DNA of 46,228 nt from positions 1 through 46,228 of the IMG/VR virus record IMGVR_UViG_3300049003_000010; one strand, given 5' to 3'. The DNA is from a virus. Lineage: Duplodnaviria > Caudoviricetes. Position 1 is the first letter of the stretch, and each line of letters opens with the position of its first letter. The notes under the pieces are model-generated. The model was given only the letters and a program-made list of their open reading frames with translations, ran no database searches and was not told where the DNA came from. Positions 8,879 to 19,440 of the stretch are shown piece after piece. A program made the position numbers and the translations under genes.

Positions 8879-9289
8879 ATGACAAACATCGTCGTCGCAG
8901 AGGCACAGGCCTGGTTGGAAACGACCAAGGCTAACTTGGGTGCGACGCTTGATGTGGAACTGGAAGCGTCGATAGCTACCCAAGTTCTCGCCCGAGTGGG
9001 CTCGAGCTATGACACTTCCACCTGGACGGATTCGAACACAACCCCCAAGCTCGTCCGCAAGATCATTGCAATGAAGTACGCCTCTTGGTACTACCAGAGG
9101 CAGTACTCCGAAGATGGTAGTGCGAATGACTATGCCTTGCTGCTGAACGCGCAGGCAGAAACACTGCTCGCAGGCATTGTTGAAGGCGTTCTGGAACTGC
9201 CCGAAGCGCCTGACGAAGGAGCTGCAGCAGGTACGGGTTCCGTGGAGATCCTCCCCGACCCCGCCTTCAGCATGGGTAGGATCTTCTAG
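8879..9289 (+). CDS. Head-tail adaptor (Mu gp36-like)
   Basis: Position; PKLVRKI...LLAGIVEGVLEL pattern. Confidence 0.65.
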   Translation: MTNIVVAEAQAWLETTKANLGATLDVELEASIATQVLARVGSSYDTSTWTDSNTTPKLVRKIIAMKYASWYYQRQYSEDGSANDYALLLNAQAETLLAGIVEGVLELPEAPDEGAAAGTGSVEILPDPAFSMGRIF

Positions 9290-9981
9290 TGCCCACAAAG
9301 CGTCGTAGCGGAACTCCAGGTCTCGCACCTGCACAGAGTGTTCGACGTGGGCTGACTGCCGACGATCAGATTCTATCGTTCGTCTTCCAGCCTACTGTAG
9401 GCATCTCCGCTCGCGGTATCGATCGCCTCGGACTTGACATCCGTTCCTTTCGTGAACCGCTGAAGCGTGCAATTCAGAAGGTCATGATCCCTAGCTTCCA
9501 ACAGAACTTCGACGCAGAGGGTCGTCCCGAGCGCTGGGCTGATCTGTCTGACGTTACTCTCGCTATTCGTGACCGCGAAGGTTACGGCAGCAAGATCCTG
9601 AACAGAACTGGAGCACTCCGTAAGGTCGCAGGGCAGCTGAACATCTGGACGATTGGTCAGGAGACCGCAGTCATCCGCGATCTGCCTGACAAGGTCTGGT
9701 ATGGCAAGGTTCAGCAGGCAGGCTTCGGAGGTTCAGGTGGCGGTTCGAAGATGCAGGCGTACATGAAGAAGGCTGGCGGCGATGCTAGGAAAGCACAAAA
9801 GCTTCTTGACAATGACCTCATCACGGCTATGCGTACCGGTACAACGGTAGGCGGCGGCAAGCGGAGTGTCAGCGAGATCCCTGCTCGACCCTTCATCGTT
9901 CTGCAGGAAGAGGACTTTGACGCGATCGAGAAGGTCTTCACAGACTGGCTGCAGGAGCGTATGGCTAGGAGTCTGATCTAA
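9289..9981 (+). CDS. Virion morphogenesis/neck protein (Mu gpG-like)
   Basis: QNFDAEGRPERWADLS, ILNRTGAL and IPARPF motifs. Confidence 0.75.
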   Translation: MPTKRRSGTPGLAPAQSVRRGLTADDQILSFVFQPTVGISARGIDRLGLDIRSFREPLKRAIQKVMIPSFQQNFDAEGRPERWADLSDVTLAIRDREGYGSKILNRTGALRKVAGQLNIWTIGQETAVIRDLPDKVWYGKVQQAGFGGSGGGSKMQAYMKKAGGDARKAQKLLDNDLITAMRTGTTVGGGKRSVSEIPARPFIVLQEEDFDAIEKVFTDWLQERMARSLI

Positions 9982-10433
9982 TGGCGCTGACTGACTCACT
10001 TGTCGAGTTTACCTCTTGGGTCAAGACACACCTAGAGGATCCAGCCTTCCTGGCTGCCTCAGGGATTCAGGCTGTGACGTATGGCGATCAGGAGAAGATT
10101 GCCGTCACGCCTACTGTGTGCGTAGAGCCAGTGGAGAAGGCCCGGGACTACAACGGAGCGCCTCGTCGTACTCTTGTCACCTTCGAAGTGTACGTACTCA
10201 TCTACCACGGCGCACTTCAGAGCGTTCAGGATAATCGCAAAGAGACCGACGACCTGGCTGAAGCCGTCGAGACCCAACTCCACAGCGACCCCACCTGTGG
10301 TTCTTTAGTCGTGTCAAGCCTCGTGTCTAACCTTTCGTCTGGGGTTGCTAATAAAGGCGGAACGCTTCTCCGTGCTACCAGATTGACCTTCACCGCGCAG
10401 TCCCAGATACAGCTACCTATGGCAGGGGTGTGA
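9981..10433 (+). CDS. Putative tail terminator
   Basis: 150 aa before the tail tube gene; LHSDPTCG motif; position-based call. Confidence 0.6.
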   Translation: MALTDSLVEFTSWVKTHLEDPAFLAASGIQAVTYGDQEKIAVTPTVCVEPVEKARDYNGAPRRTLVTFEVYVLIYHGALQSVQDNRKETDDLAEAVETQLHSDPTCGSLVVSSLVSNLSSGVANKGGTLLRATRLTFTAQSQIQLPMAGV

Positions 10434-10434
10434 C

Positions 10435-10689
10435 ATGTACCAGATCTCCATCGACTACCCGAACATGCCGAAGGGTCAGGAAGTTAGCATTCCTGGTCTC
10501 GGCACCTACAAGAACGGCTCGACCACGGTGGTGAGCAACGAAGAGGCGAATGCCTTTCGTGCTTACCAGGTCGATGTCGGCATGCCCGACCAGACGTTGC
10601 TCCAGTCCTTCGTGGGCTCGGAGTACGTGACCGTCGAGACCTACACGCCCCCGAAGAACGACGACAAGAAGAAGGATGGTGACCAGTAA
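10435..10689 (+). CDS. Hypothetical virion-module protein
   Basis: 84-aa ORF abutting both neighbours. Confidence 0.65.
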   Translation: MYQISIDYPNMPKGQEVSIPGLGTYKNGSTTVVSNEEANAFRAYQVDVGMPDQTLLQSFVGSEYVTVETYTPPKNDDKKKDGDQ

Positions 10690-11615
10690 TGCCTCCTGGC
10701 ATTGGCGCGTCGGGCTTTGCGGGCCTGGCGATAGAGACAGTTCCGGGTACGTACCTCGCACCCACGAAGTTCTTCCCGTTCGAGAGTGAGTCGCTCGCCT
10801 GGCAGCAGGACACGACTTTCCGTCGTCCTATTCGTCAGAGTGCTGACAACATCGGTGCTGTCCTCGGCAACGGTCACGTCGAGGGTGACATTTCGATGGA
10901 GGCTCTCGAAGACGTCGTTCCGTACTTCCTGCACGCTGCTCGGACAACTCCTGTCAAGACTGGTGCCGGTCCGAACTACGTGTACACCTATAAGGGTTCA
11001 GCTGCTGCTATCCCTTCGAAGACGTTGTCGATCACGATCGTGCGTAACGGCGCTATCTTCGCCTACACGGGTGTCGTGGTCTCTAGCTTCACGTTCACGA
11101 TCGATGCCATGATTCTGAAGTTCACCGCTTCGCTCATCGGCCGCGACGAAGCTACGCAGTCGGCTCCTACGCCTACCTTCATCAACACTGCTCCCTTCGG
11201 TGCCGGTCTGTACGCCGTCCAGCTCAACGCGGCTACGCTCACTGATGCTGACACCTTCACCTTCCAGGTCGAAGATAACGGAGCAGCTCAGAACCGCATC
11301 GGTGCTACTCGTGCCGCTCAGTTCGTCAACTACGGCGAGCGCAACGTCACTGTGTCGATGGATCGAGACTTCATCGACCGCACGGAGTACGACACGTTCA
11401 AGTCGTTGACAGCTCAGGCATTGCACCTCGATGCTACGAAGAACGTCAACAACAAGATCAGTATCGACGTCCCTGTCGGCTATCGGTCGGAGTATGCGAT
11501 CGCTCTCGGCGGACAGGGTGACCTGCTCCGTGTCTCGAACTCGTGGACAGCAACCATCGACGCTACGGGTAACGCCTACACCGTCGTGGTTGCTTGCCAG
11601 GAGAACATCACGTAA
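10689..11615 (+). CDS. Major tail (tube) protein
   Basis: 308 aa; GLAIETVPGTY N-terminus; beta-rich; precedes the chaperone and tape measure genes. Confidence 0.85.
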   Translation: MPPGIGASGFAGLAIETVPGTYLAPTKFFPFESESLAWQQDTTFRRPIRQSADNIGAVLGNGHVEGDISMEALEDVVPYFLHAARTTPVKTGAGPNYVYTYKGSAAAIPSKTLSITIVRNGAIFAYTGVVVSSFTFTIDAMILKFTASLIGRDEATQSAPTPTFINTAPFGAGLYAVQLNAATLTDADTFTFQVEDNGAAQNRIGATRAAQFVNYGERNVTVSMDRDFIDRTEYDTFKSLTAQALHLDATKNVNNKISIDVPVGYRSEYAIALGGQGDLLRVSNSWTATIDATGNAYTVVVACQENIT

Positions 11616-11638
11616 CATCGAGAGTCTGGAGGGACTCA

Positions 11639-12019
11639 ATGCCTAAGGCAACTGCAAGTATCGCTGAGCCGGAACGTCACGAACTCAAGACCCTTCCTGA
11701 GGGATTCGTGCTGCTTCGGCGGTTGACGTATGGTCAGAAGCTCGAACGCAAGGCGATGGCATCCGTTGCCAGCGCTGAAACGGGCGGTCGTGGCAAGAAC
11801 ATGAGGCTGCAGATGGCCATGGTGAACGAACAGGCGACTCTGTTCGACTTCACCCACTGCGTTGTCGACCACAACCTCGAAGGTGACGACGGTGAGAAGC
11901 TGAACCTGGCCGATGTCAACGTCATCAAGTCGCTCGATCCCCGAGTCGGCGACGAGATCGAGCAGCTGATGGACGGGATGAACAACTTCGAGGAGGACGA
12001 TCCCGAGCTGGGAAACTGA
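11639..12019 (+). CDS. Tail assembly chaperone (short form)
   Basis: GGAGGG RBS before ATG 11639; ends in GGGAAAC-TGA. Confidence 0.85.
   Translation: MPKATASIAEPERHELKTLPEGFVLLRRLTYGQKLERKAMASVASAETGGRGKNMRLQMAMVNEQATLFDFTHCVVDHNLEGDDGEKLNLADVNVIKSLDPRVGDEIEQLMDGMNNFEEDDPELGN
12010..12016 (+). other. -1 programmed ribosomal frameshift site GGGAAAC
   Basis: XXXYYYZ heptamer; the -1 frame stays open to the TAG at 12261. Confidence 0.85.
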
Positions 12020-12261
12020 CGCAGCGGCTCAGAGCCAGTCTCTTGACAGGCAGACCACCAGATCAGGAGGTTGCAATGGCAGTCGAGATGACGATTCTGT
12101 GCCGTGATCTAGGTGTTCTTCCCGGTCCTGGAGGTCTTCTTGAACAGGATGCGTACCATGTCTTCTTGCTTCGAGAGACTCTGGGCGTTCTGAACGAGAG
12201 AGAGCGTCAGGAACTCGACAAGGCCCAGGCGAAAGCCAAGGTCGCAGGCAGGAGAAAGTAG
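12016..12261 (+). CDS. Tail assembly chaperone, frameshifted extension
   Basis: -1 frame reads LTQRLRASLLTGRPP...LPGPGGLLEQD and ends at the tape measure start. Confidence 0.8.
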   Translation: MTQRLRASLLTGRPPDQEVAMAVEMTILCRDLGVLPGPGGLLEQDAYHVFLLRETLGVLNERERQELDKAQAKAKVAGRRK

Positions 12262-15200
12262 ATGGCGCTCAGCACACGCGAGATGCTTCTCGTGATTCGT
12301 GCGCGTGATGAAGCCTCGCGTGTGCTGGGTCGCCTCGCTAGCAACATGAAAGACCTCGACAAGGGTGCTTTGGCTGCTGCGACGTCGTCGATGGCGCGAG
12401 GAGGAGCTCTCGTTTCCCTCGGGGCAGGCATTACAGCACTAGGAGCTGCTGGCATCAACTACCTGAATGACACAGTTGATGCTGCTAGTGCCTATGAACA
12501 GGCAACTCGAAAGACCTTGACGCAGACAGATAACGTCAAGGTCTCCCTGGAGCAGCTGAAGAAGCTCGGTCGGGATGTCGGACGTGACATCCCAGCTTCG
12601 TTCGACCAGATGCAAGAGTCGCTGTACACGATCTTCTCGACCATCGACACCGACATGCCTGGCGCCGAGAAGCTGCTTCGTGCCTTCGCTAAGGCGTCCG
12701 TTGCAGGTCAGACTGACATCAACACGGCCACACAGGGTGGTCTGCAGGCTCTGAACGCATTCGGTCTCGGAGTCGAGGGCGTCACACGAGTCAACGACGT
12801 CATGTTCCGCTTGGTCCAGAAGGGCGTCGGCACCTACGAGCAGTTCGTCAGCTCGCTAGGCAAGGCTGGACCGTCTGCTAAGCGTGCTGGTCAGGACATC
12901 GAGTCGCTCGCAGGCATGATGGCGTTCCTGACCCGAAACGGTTTGAGCACGTCGATGGCTTCTACGTCGGCTGCTCGTGCTCTCGACCTGATCTCTAACT
13001 CCAAGGTCGACAAGCGTCTGCAGGACTTCGGTGTTGCTGTTCGTGATGCCAATGGTGAATTCCGGCCCATGGCTGACATCATCACGGATCTCGGCAACAA
13101 GATGGCCAACTTCACTGCACCCGAGCGAGCAAAGGCTCTGGAGGATCTCTTCAAGGGTTCTGGTAACAACGTCCAGGCTCGACGGTTCTTCGACCTTGCC
13201 ATTCCTGGCTTCCAGCAGCTGAACAGTCTGACAGGCTCCATGCAGAACTCCGCTGGAGCTATGGACAAGGCGTACAAGATCATGTTCGACTCGCCTCAGT
13301 CCAAGGTTCAGTTGCTGACGAATAAGTACAAGGCGATGACAACCGAGATCGGCGACCAGCTGCTCCCGATCAAGCTGAAGCTGGTAGAGGCTCTGTCGTC
13401 CCTGCTCGGCTGGTGGGAGAAGATTCCTGGACCTGTCCAGAAGGCAATCGTCATCTTCGCAGCAGTAGCTTCGGGCCTGATGGTGCTCATCGGCGTAGTT
13501 ACGATCTTCGCTGGCGTCCTACTCATCCTCGAAGGCGCTCTGGCTCTGTTCGGTACTACACTGGCAGCAGTGTTCTGGCCTATCACTCTAATCATCGCCG
13601 CTATCATTGCAATTGGTGCAGCTGTCTACTTCATCATCAAGTACTGGGACAACATTGTCGCAGCCACAAAGACAGCTTGGAACTGGATCGTCGATAAGTT
13701 CCACACAGTCGTAGATGCCATCAAGGGGTTCTTCTCCGACTTGTGGGGCCACATCAAGAACATCTGGAATGGTATTACCGATTGGATCGGCAAGAAGGTT
13801 GCCGACATCGTCCTCTTCTTCACAGGACTCTGGGACGCTGTCAAGACGATCTGGGGCAACATCACTGACTGGATCGGCAATGCGGTAGATAGCATTGGCA
13901 CGTTCTTCTCTGAGCTGCCGGGTAAGATTCTTGACTTCTTCGCAGCTTTGCCCAAGCGCGCTGCGTACGCTATCGGCTTCTTCGTCGGTGAAACCATCAG
14001 GAAGGTTCAGGAGCTAGTTAAGTGGTTCCAGGAGCTACCAGGTCGCATCCTGAACTTCCTGCTCGACCTCGGCAAGTCGCTTGTCACGTGGGCTATTACC
14101 ACCTTCGTTTCCTTCCGTGACGCGGCAATTCAAAAGGGTACTGAACTAATTCAGTGGTTCCAAGAGCTTCCTGGCAGAGTTCTAAACTTCCTGGTCGGTC
14201 TGGGTAAGTCTCTCGCAACGTGGGCTATCAGCACCTTCACCACGCTCAGGGATAATGCTATCCAGAAGGGCACTGAGTTCATCCAGTGGTTCCAGGCTCT
14301 GCCTGGCAGAGTCATGGCATGGCTGCAGAACTTTGCTACTGAGGCAGGTCAGTGGGCTATCAACCTCCTGACGAGCATTGTCAACGGTGCTCAGTCAGGT
14401 GGCGACAGTCTGATCCAGTGGTTCAAGGATCTGCCTGGCAAGCTTCTCGCAGGCATGGTCGATCTGGCGACAGGCTTCCTGCAAATCGGCGGCGACCTCA
14501 TCAACGGGTTGTGGCAGGGTATTAAGAATGCCTGGAATGGCTTCTGGAGCTGGGTTGGCGGACTCTTCGACAGCTTCATCCAGGGTATCAAGGACGGTCT
14601 GGGTGTCGCATCTCCTTCGACGATCTTCGCCCAGATCGGTGGCTGGCTGCTAGAAGGGTTCCTGAACGGCCTCAAAGCTGCCTGGGATATGGTCTGGGGT
14701 TGGCTCACTGGCTTTGCAGGTCGAGTCCTGCAAGGGTTCGTCAACGCAGGTAGCTGGCTTCTGAGCGTGGGTACAACACTCCTTAACGGATTCCTCAACG
14801 GTGTCAAGGCTGGCTGGAACTTCGTCGTGAGCTGGCTGCAGGCAGCACCAGGTAACATCGTGCGCAATCTGGGCAACATGGGATCGTTGCTAGTCAGCGC
14901 AGGTAGCGACCTACTTAGCGGACTCTGGAACGGCATTAGCGGTGCTGCATCCTGGCTCAAGGGTAAGATCATGAGTTGGGCAGGAAGCATCTTGCCTGGT
15001 TGGGTCAAGGACATCCTCGGCATTCACTCGCCGTCGACAGTCTTCGCCGAGATCGGTATGTACACCATGCAGGGCTTCGCACTCGGGATAGATCGTGGCA
15101 CAGTCTCTGCCGTCGAATCTGCTGTCAGCGCTGCCTACGCCGTAAGCGACGCGTTCAACAACAATGTGGGACTGAACGACCCGAGCTTCAGCAACTACGC

Positions 15201-15369
15201 TAATGGGTACGTTAGCGCAGGCACTGATGCAACTGGTAGTTCTGCTGGTGGGGGTAACACTGGAACTCCTGGACGGACTGTCGTCCCGATCACAATCCAC
15301 ACGCAAGAGATCAATCCGTTGCAGCACGCCCAGGAACTGGGCGACCTTATCGCGAACAGGGTGGGCTGA
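12262..15369 (+). CDS. Tape measure protein
   Basis: 1035 aa; TP901-type N-terminal core, TM region, Trp-periodic 11/44-aa repeats, two LGxxSPS motifs. Confidence 0.95.
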   Translation: MALSTREMLLVIRARDEASRVLGRLASNMKDLDKGALAAATSSMARGGALVSLGAGITALGAAGINYLNDTVDAASAYEQATRKTLTQTDNVKVSLEQLKKLGRDVGRDIPASFDQMQESLYTIFSTIDTDMPGAEKLLRAFAKASVAGQTDINTATQGGLQALNAFGLGVEGVTRVNDVMFRLVQKGVGTYEQFVSSLGKAGPSAKRAGQDIESLAGMMAFLTRNGLSTSMASTSAARALDLISNSKVDKRLQDFGVAVRDANGEFRPMADIITDLGNKMANFTAPERAKALEDLFKGSGNNVQARRFFDLAIPGFQQLNSLTGSMQNSAGAMDKAYKIMFDSPQSKVQLLTNKYKAMTTEIGDQLLPIKLKLVEALSSLLGWWEKIPGPVQKAIVIFAAVASGLMVLIGVVTIFAGVLLILEGALALFGTTLAAVFWPITLIIAAIIAIGAAVYFIIKYWDNIVAATKTAWNWIVDKFHTVVDAIKGFFSDLWGHIKNIWNGITDWIGKKVADIVLFFTGLWDAVKTIWGNITDWIGNAVDSIGTFFSELPGKILDFFAALPKRAAYAIGFFVGETIRKVQELVKWFQELPGRILNFLLDLGKSLVTWAITTFVSFRDAAIQKGTELIQWFQELPGRVLNFLVGLGKSLATWAISTFTTLRDNAIQKGTEFIQWFQALPGRVMAWLQNFATEAGQWAINLLTSIVNGAQSGGDSLIQWFKDLPGKLLAGMVDLATGFLQIGGDLINGLWQGIKNAWNGFWSWVGGLFDSFIQGIKDGLGVASPSTIFAQIGGWLLEGFLNGLKAAWDMVWGWLTGFAGRVLQGFVNAGSWLLSVGTTLLNGFLNGVKAGWNFVVSWLQAAPGNIVRNLGNMGSLLVSAGSDLLSGLWNGISGAASWLKGKIMSWAGSILPGWVKDILGIHSPSTVFAEIGMYTMQGFALGIDRGTVSAVESAVSAAYAVSDAFNNNVGLNDPSFSNYANGYVSAGTDATGSSAGGGNTGTPGRTVVPITIHTQEINPLQHAQELGDLIANRVG

Positions 15370-16235
15370 TGCCAACACTAGCAGCTGTAGAGCAGTACCT
15401 GTATCGTGATGATGGCATTGTGCTTGGCTCCGATGCAACTTTGCCGTTCGTAGACATCCTGAATGTGCAAGGACTCGACTCAGCTGAGACCCGTGCAACA
15501 GTTAAGGACCATGAAGGTACCGACGGCGGCTTTGTAGAGTCCAAGTACGACAAGCTTCGCACTGTCGTAATCTCTGCCGTAGCTTACACCAGCCCTACAG
15601 CTTACGAAGCTTACATGGATCAGCTGAAGGCGAACTTTGCTTCAGACGACACTGTGAACCCCTTCTACTTTCAGACCGATGCTGGTCAGCGAGTCGTGTT
15701 CGGGAAGTCGCAGGGACTGAAGTACGAGAAGACGAACGAGCGTAACTACGGCAAGCAGCAGTTTAGTGTCACACTCCTGTGTCCTGACTCTCGCATCTAC
15801 TCCCCTGATGCTGTCACCTCAGGCCCAATCTACCTCGGTTCAGCTACTGTTGCAGGTCGAGGCTATCCCAAGGGCTACCCGTTCGGGTATGGTATTGCTG
15901 CCACACAGAGTGCAGGTTCGATCACACCTGGAGGCAACCGTGATACGCCTGGCTGGATGGTAATCACAGGACCTATCATCAACCCCGTCGTTGTCAATGA
16001 CACCACAGGGCAGCAGGAAGTGTTCACCACCTCGCTTGCAGCTCTTGAAACACTCTGGATCAACCCTCGCGTCAGGACAGTTCGTCTCGGGCAAGGCGGT
16101 CCTAGTCGCCGTAACACGATGCGTGGGCCTTGGTGGTACCTGAAGAAGGATCAGAACAACTTCCGTCTGCTGGGTTCGGGCGGCACTGCAGGTGTAACGA
16201 AACTGGAAGTCTTCGCTCGACCGGCTTGGAGGTAA
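15369..16235 (+). CDS. Distal tail protein (Dit-like)
   Basis: First gene after the tape measure; LLCPDSRIYS and ITGPIINP motifs. Confidence 0.8.
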   Translation: MPTLAAVEQYLYRDDGIVLGSDATLPFVDILNVQGLDSAETRATVKDHEGTDGGFVESKYDKLRTVVISAVAYTSPTAYEAYMDQLKANFASDDTVNPFYFQTDAGQRVVFGKSQGLKYEKTNERNYGKQQFSVTLLCPDSRIYSPDAVTSGPIYLGSATVAGRGYPKGYPFGYGIAATQSAGSITPGGNRDTPGWMVITGPIINPVVVNDTTGQQEVFTTSLAALETLWINPRVRTVRLGQGGPSRRNTMRGPWWYLKKDQNNFRLLGSGGTAGVTKLEVFARPAWR

Positions 16236-16241
16236 GAAGAA

Positions 16242-17267
16242 GTGGCTGTTATCAACCCTGTAGGGTATCTACACAACCTCACTACCCATACAGCGCAGAC
16301 CGACAGGCTCTCTAGTGCTGCAGGGTTGCTGCTACCTGATGCCGTCGGGTCTCTGCGCCCTGTGGGTGGGTTGCGGCATCCTGCCGACATGGCTCTGTCC
16401 GCTCCTGGCGGTATGATTGTCCGCGTCGGAGCGGGCATGGTCTACGTCCCACAGGGGCAGAGTTCCCTTGGTGGCGGGTATGAGCTGTCCAACGACGGCA
16501 ACCTGGATCTGACGATCAACACCGCCCATGCGACACTGACTCGCTGGGACCTGATCGTTGCTCGCGTTCAGGACTCGTTCTACGCAGGCACGAACAACCT
16601 GGGTGACATCATCGTCATCCCTGGTACTGCTTCCTCGACGCCTTCAGATCCTGCTCTCCCTGCAGGCGCCTCGTATGTAACGCTCGGCCGTGTGGTCGTC
16701 GGGCCTGGCGTTGTCGCCATCACTGCTCCCAACATTACGCAGCTCGCCGTCACGGCAACTCTCAACGGCGGTACGCTTCGTGTCACTTCGACGACTAGGC
16801 CTCCTGCGGCTATTCGTTACGACGGGCTCGAGATCTACGAGACCGACACGAAGCGGACGTGGCGCTGGGATGCCGCTATCAACGACTACCACTTCATCGC
16901 AGGTCCTCCCCAGATCTTGCTGCCGACGCTCAACGCTTCGCTGTATGCGTTTATCTCCGGAGCTAGCTCACTCGCATCAGGAGCCTTCCGTCGTCGAGGC
17001 TTTGACATGGAAGGCTTCGGAGCAATTACTAACTCCGTTGCTTATAGCGCCGCTGTTGGTAGCACCTACGAACTCGGCAGCATCCCTGCTGGTACTTCAC
17101 CTGCTAAGGATGAGTACTTCCCCGTTGCGCTTGCTACCGGTTCAGCATTCAGTACTGCGCTCATGATCATCCGAGCTAATGGCACGTTCGCTTACACACC
17201 GCAGGCTGCTGTCGGTTCTGGGTTCTCTTTGTTCTTCAGCGGTGCCAGATGGCGTATCGGTGCTTAA
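16242..17267 (+). CDS. Minor tail protein, possible receptor-binding fibre
   Basis: RWDLIVARVQD domain, DGLEIYETDT...WDA collar motif, C-terminal beta domain. Confidence 0.75.
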   Translation: MAVINPVGYLHNLTTHTAQTDRLSSAAGLLLPDAVGSLRPVGGLRHPADMALSAPGGMIVRVGAGMVYVPQGQSSLGGGYELSNDGNLDLTINTAHATLTRWDLIVARVQDSFYAGTNNLGDIIVIPGTASSTPSDPALPAGASYVTLGRVVVGPGVVAITAPNITQLAVTATLNGGTLRVTSTTRPPAAIRYDGLEIYETDTKRTWRWDAAINDYHFIAGPPQILLPTLNASLYAFISGASSLASGAFRRRGFDMEGFGAITNSVAYSAAVGSTYELGSIPAGTSPAKDEYFPVALATGSAFSTALMIIRANGTFAYTPQAAVGSGFSLFFSGARWRIGA

Positions 17268-17295
17268 TAGGCAATGTCAACACTAGGAGGAAGTG

Positions 17296-17463
17296 ATGGA
17301 GGAACTTATTCCTGCTACTCGCAAGGAGCCTGATCCTGAAGGAGGATGGAGAGGCAAGGACCTGACGGAGGAAGAGCTGACGTCCAACGAGGAGCTCCAG
17401 GGTCTCAAGGTCGTTCAGCAGAAGGGGGAGACTGATGGCGTGGGCGAACCCAACCCGAGCTGA
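17296..17463 (+). CDS. Small acidic protein preceding the endolysin (55 aa, not in ORF track)
   Basis: AGGAGG RBS; MEELIPATRKEPDPEGGWRGKDLTEEELTSNEELQG...; overlaps the endolysin start. Confidence 0.6.
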   Translation: MEELIPATRKEPDPEGGWRGKDLTEEELTSNEELQGLKVVQQKGETDGVGEPNPS

Positions 17464-18319
17464 GGTCATGCAGGTAGCCATCTCCACAGGGGAGACGGTT
17501 GTCGAGGCTTGGTCTAGCTGGGACAAGGGAGCGATGGGTACTGTCATCGCTCCCATGCTCCATCACACAGGTTCCGCCTGGAGCTGGCCTCGCTTGCAGG
17601 CTCCTACGCTGAAGGTTGTCCGTGATGGACGCGCTGACCTTCTGAACAGCCTCTGCATGTACTACATCGACTACGCTGGCGTGATCTACTGCATCAGCAA
17701 TCGACTGTCGTGGCATGCAGGTGCTGGCAACTGGAAGGGCATCACTGACGGTAACGGCCACTTTGCCGGCATCGAAGCCGAGAGTGATGGTCAGCAGTGG
17801 ACAGCTGCGACGCGAGAGTCGTACATCAAGCTAGTCGCTGCCATCCTTCTGAAGACCGGCAACGACATCAGCTGGGCACCTCGGCACGCTGAGTACGCAC
17901 TCCCTGTGGGTAGGAAGAACGACTTCAGCGGCATGGACGCCGCAGCATTCAAGAATGACGCGGAATTCCTTCGCGTCAACGGAATCCAGGAGGATGATTT
18001 GAACGACGAACAGAACAGGATGCTGACGTCCGTCTTCTCTCTGCTGGGAGCAGATGGGGCGATCGGCACGAAGACCGAAGACAGTCTCGCCTACGTCATC
18101 CGCGAGGGATTCAAGCCCATCGAGCGGTACGCAGCAGATGGTACGACGAAGCTGGAGTTTCCTCTTCGGCAGGAGATCGCCGACATCAAGTCGTTGCTCC
18201 TGAAGGGTGGCTTGTTCACCGGCGATGTCAACGTGGATGTGCCTCCCATGAGCGACGCTGACAAGGATGACGTCGCTGAACGAGTCGCTACGAAGCTCGC
18301 GGAGAGGCTGGCCAGCTAA
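17435..18319 (+). CDS. Endolysin, Amidase_2-type N-acetylmuramoyl-L-alanine amidase
   Basis: LHHTG, SWHAGAG, GIEAE and RHAEY...RKND Zn-amidase motifs. Confidence 0.9.
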   Translation: MAWANPTRAEVMQVAISTGETVVEAWSSWDKGAMGTVIAPMLHHTGSAWSWPRLQAPTLKVVRDGRADLLNSLCMYYIDYAGVIYCISNRLSWHAGAGNWKGITDGNGHFAGIEAESDGQQWTAATRESYIKLVAAILLKTGNDISWAPRHAEYALPVGRKNDFSGMDAAAFKNDAEFLRVNGIQEDDLNDEQNRMLTSVFSLLGADGAIGTKTEDSLAYVIREGFKPIERYAADGTTKLEFPLRQEIADIKSLLLKGGLFTGDVNVDVPPMSDADKDDVAERVATKLAERLAS

Positions 18320-18321
18320 CC

Positions 18322-19440
18322 ATGGCAGTGCCCGAGTACCGCTACATAGGAGTTGACCTGCTGACCCGTCAGGTCATCGAAGACTTGCCGCTCTACGGGA
18401 CAAGCTTCACCCGAAGGATCTCGGTCGCTGGAAACATGACGGCGTCGTTCAAGCTCGGGACCGGGTTCTTTAGCGATCAGGATCTCTTGAACGCTTCAGA
18501 GCCCGGTCACCGAGCCCTCTTTGCACTTCGTAACGGTGTTTGCTTTTGGGCAGGGCCTATCTGGTCAAGGACTTACCAGAGTCAGGCTAGCGTCATTAGC
18601 TTGACGGGACAGACTTACGAGAGCATCTTCGAGATGATCAAGATCCTGTCTCGTATTGAACGAACTGATGATCAGACACTCCTGTTCAAGTACCTCATCG
18701 ACGTGATGCAGGCGCAGGCTTCGTGCAACTTTGGTATCGACACTTCACAGGTGACAGCTTCAGGTGTCAATCAGTCGTTGACTGTCGAAACGTACGAGCA
18801 GAAGACGTTCGGCGAGCCGATGAGCGACATGCTCAAGGCCTCGAATGGCTTCGACTACGTCATTGACTACACGATGAATCCGACAACGGACGTTCCCCAG
18901 CTCGTCCTAAAGACCGGTTATCCGTATCTTGGCTTCGGCCAGGCTGCTATCAACCTCGACTACCCCGGGGCTGTTTCGAACTACTACTACCCTGAGAGCG
19001 CCTCGCAAGCTCTTGTGCGCGAGACCGTCATGGGTAAGGGCGAGGGCACTGCAATGCCTGTGGCTGAGTACACCAACTGGGACCTTGTAAACGCTGGCTA
19101 CCCGATGTGGGAGAAGCCGCGGTCGGAGAAGAGCATTAGTGATCCTGCTCAGCTGAATCGTATTGCAGAGGAATCTGGTACAACCAAGAAGATGCCTATC
19201 TCGATTCCGACAATCGAGCTGGAACTAGGCACTGATGATCCCGATAGAGAGCCTGTCGACTTTGCTTCCTGGGGCAGCCTTGGTGCGCCCATCAACCTGA
19301 CTATCTCAGACCCTCGTTTCCCGATCGAACAGTACCCAGATGGTAAGGTGCTTAGCAGTCGGATGCTAGGCTGGGACTACTCCCCATCATCTTCTGAGGG
19401 CACGGAGAGCCTGAAGCTCGTGCTGGAAGGACAGTCGTGA
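18322..19440 (+). CDS. Minor tail/baseplate hub protein
   Basis: 372 aa; RNGVCFWAGPIW and NGFDY motifs typical of actinophage minor tail proteins. Confidence 0.75.
   Translation: MAVPEYRYIGVDLLTRQVIEDLPLYGTSFTRRISVAGNMTASFKLGTGFFSDQDLLNASEPGHRALFALRNGVCFWAGPIWSRTYQSQASVISLTGQTYESIFEMIKILSRIERTDDQTLLFKYLIDVMQAQASCNFGIDTSQVTASGVNQSLTVETYEQKTFGEPMSDMLKASNGFDYVIDYTMNPTTDVPQLVLKTGYPYLGFGQAAINLDYPGAVSNYYYPESASQALVRETVMGKGEGTAMPVAEYTNWDLVNAGYPMWEKPRSEKSISDPAQLNRIAEESGTTKKMPISIPTIELELGTDDPDREPVDFASWGSLGAPINLTISDPRFPIEQYPDGKVLSSRMLGWDYSPSSSEGTESLKLVLEGQS

Noticed and set aside
12010-12016. Programmed frameshift as a novelty
   Set aside because: Conserved, well-known feature of tail chaperone genes; listed as a feature only.
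13990-14450. 44-aa tandem repeats (WFQELPGR...) in the tape measure protein
   Set aside because: Ordinary tape measure repeat architecture.
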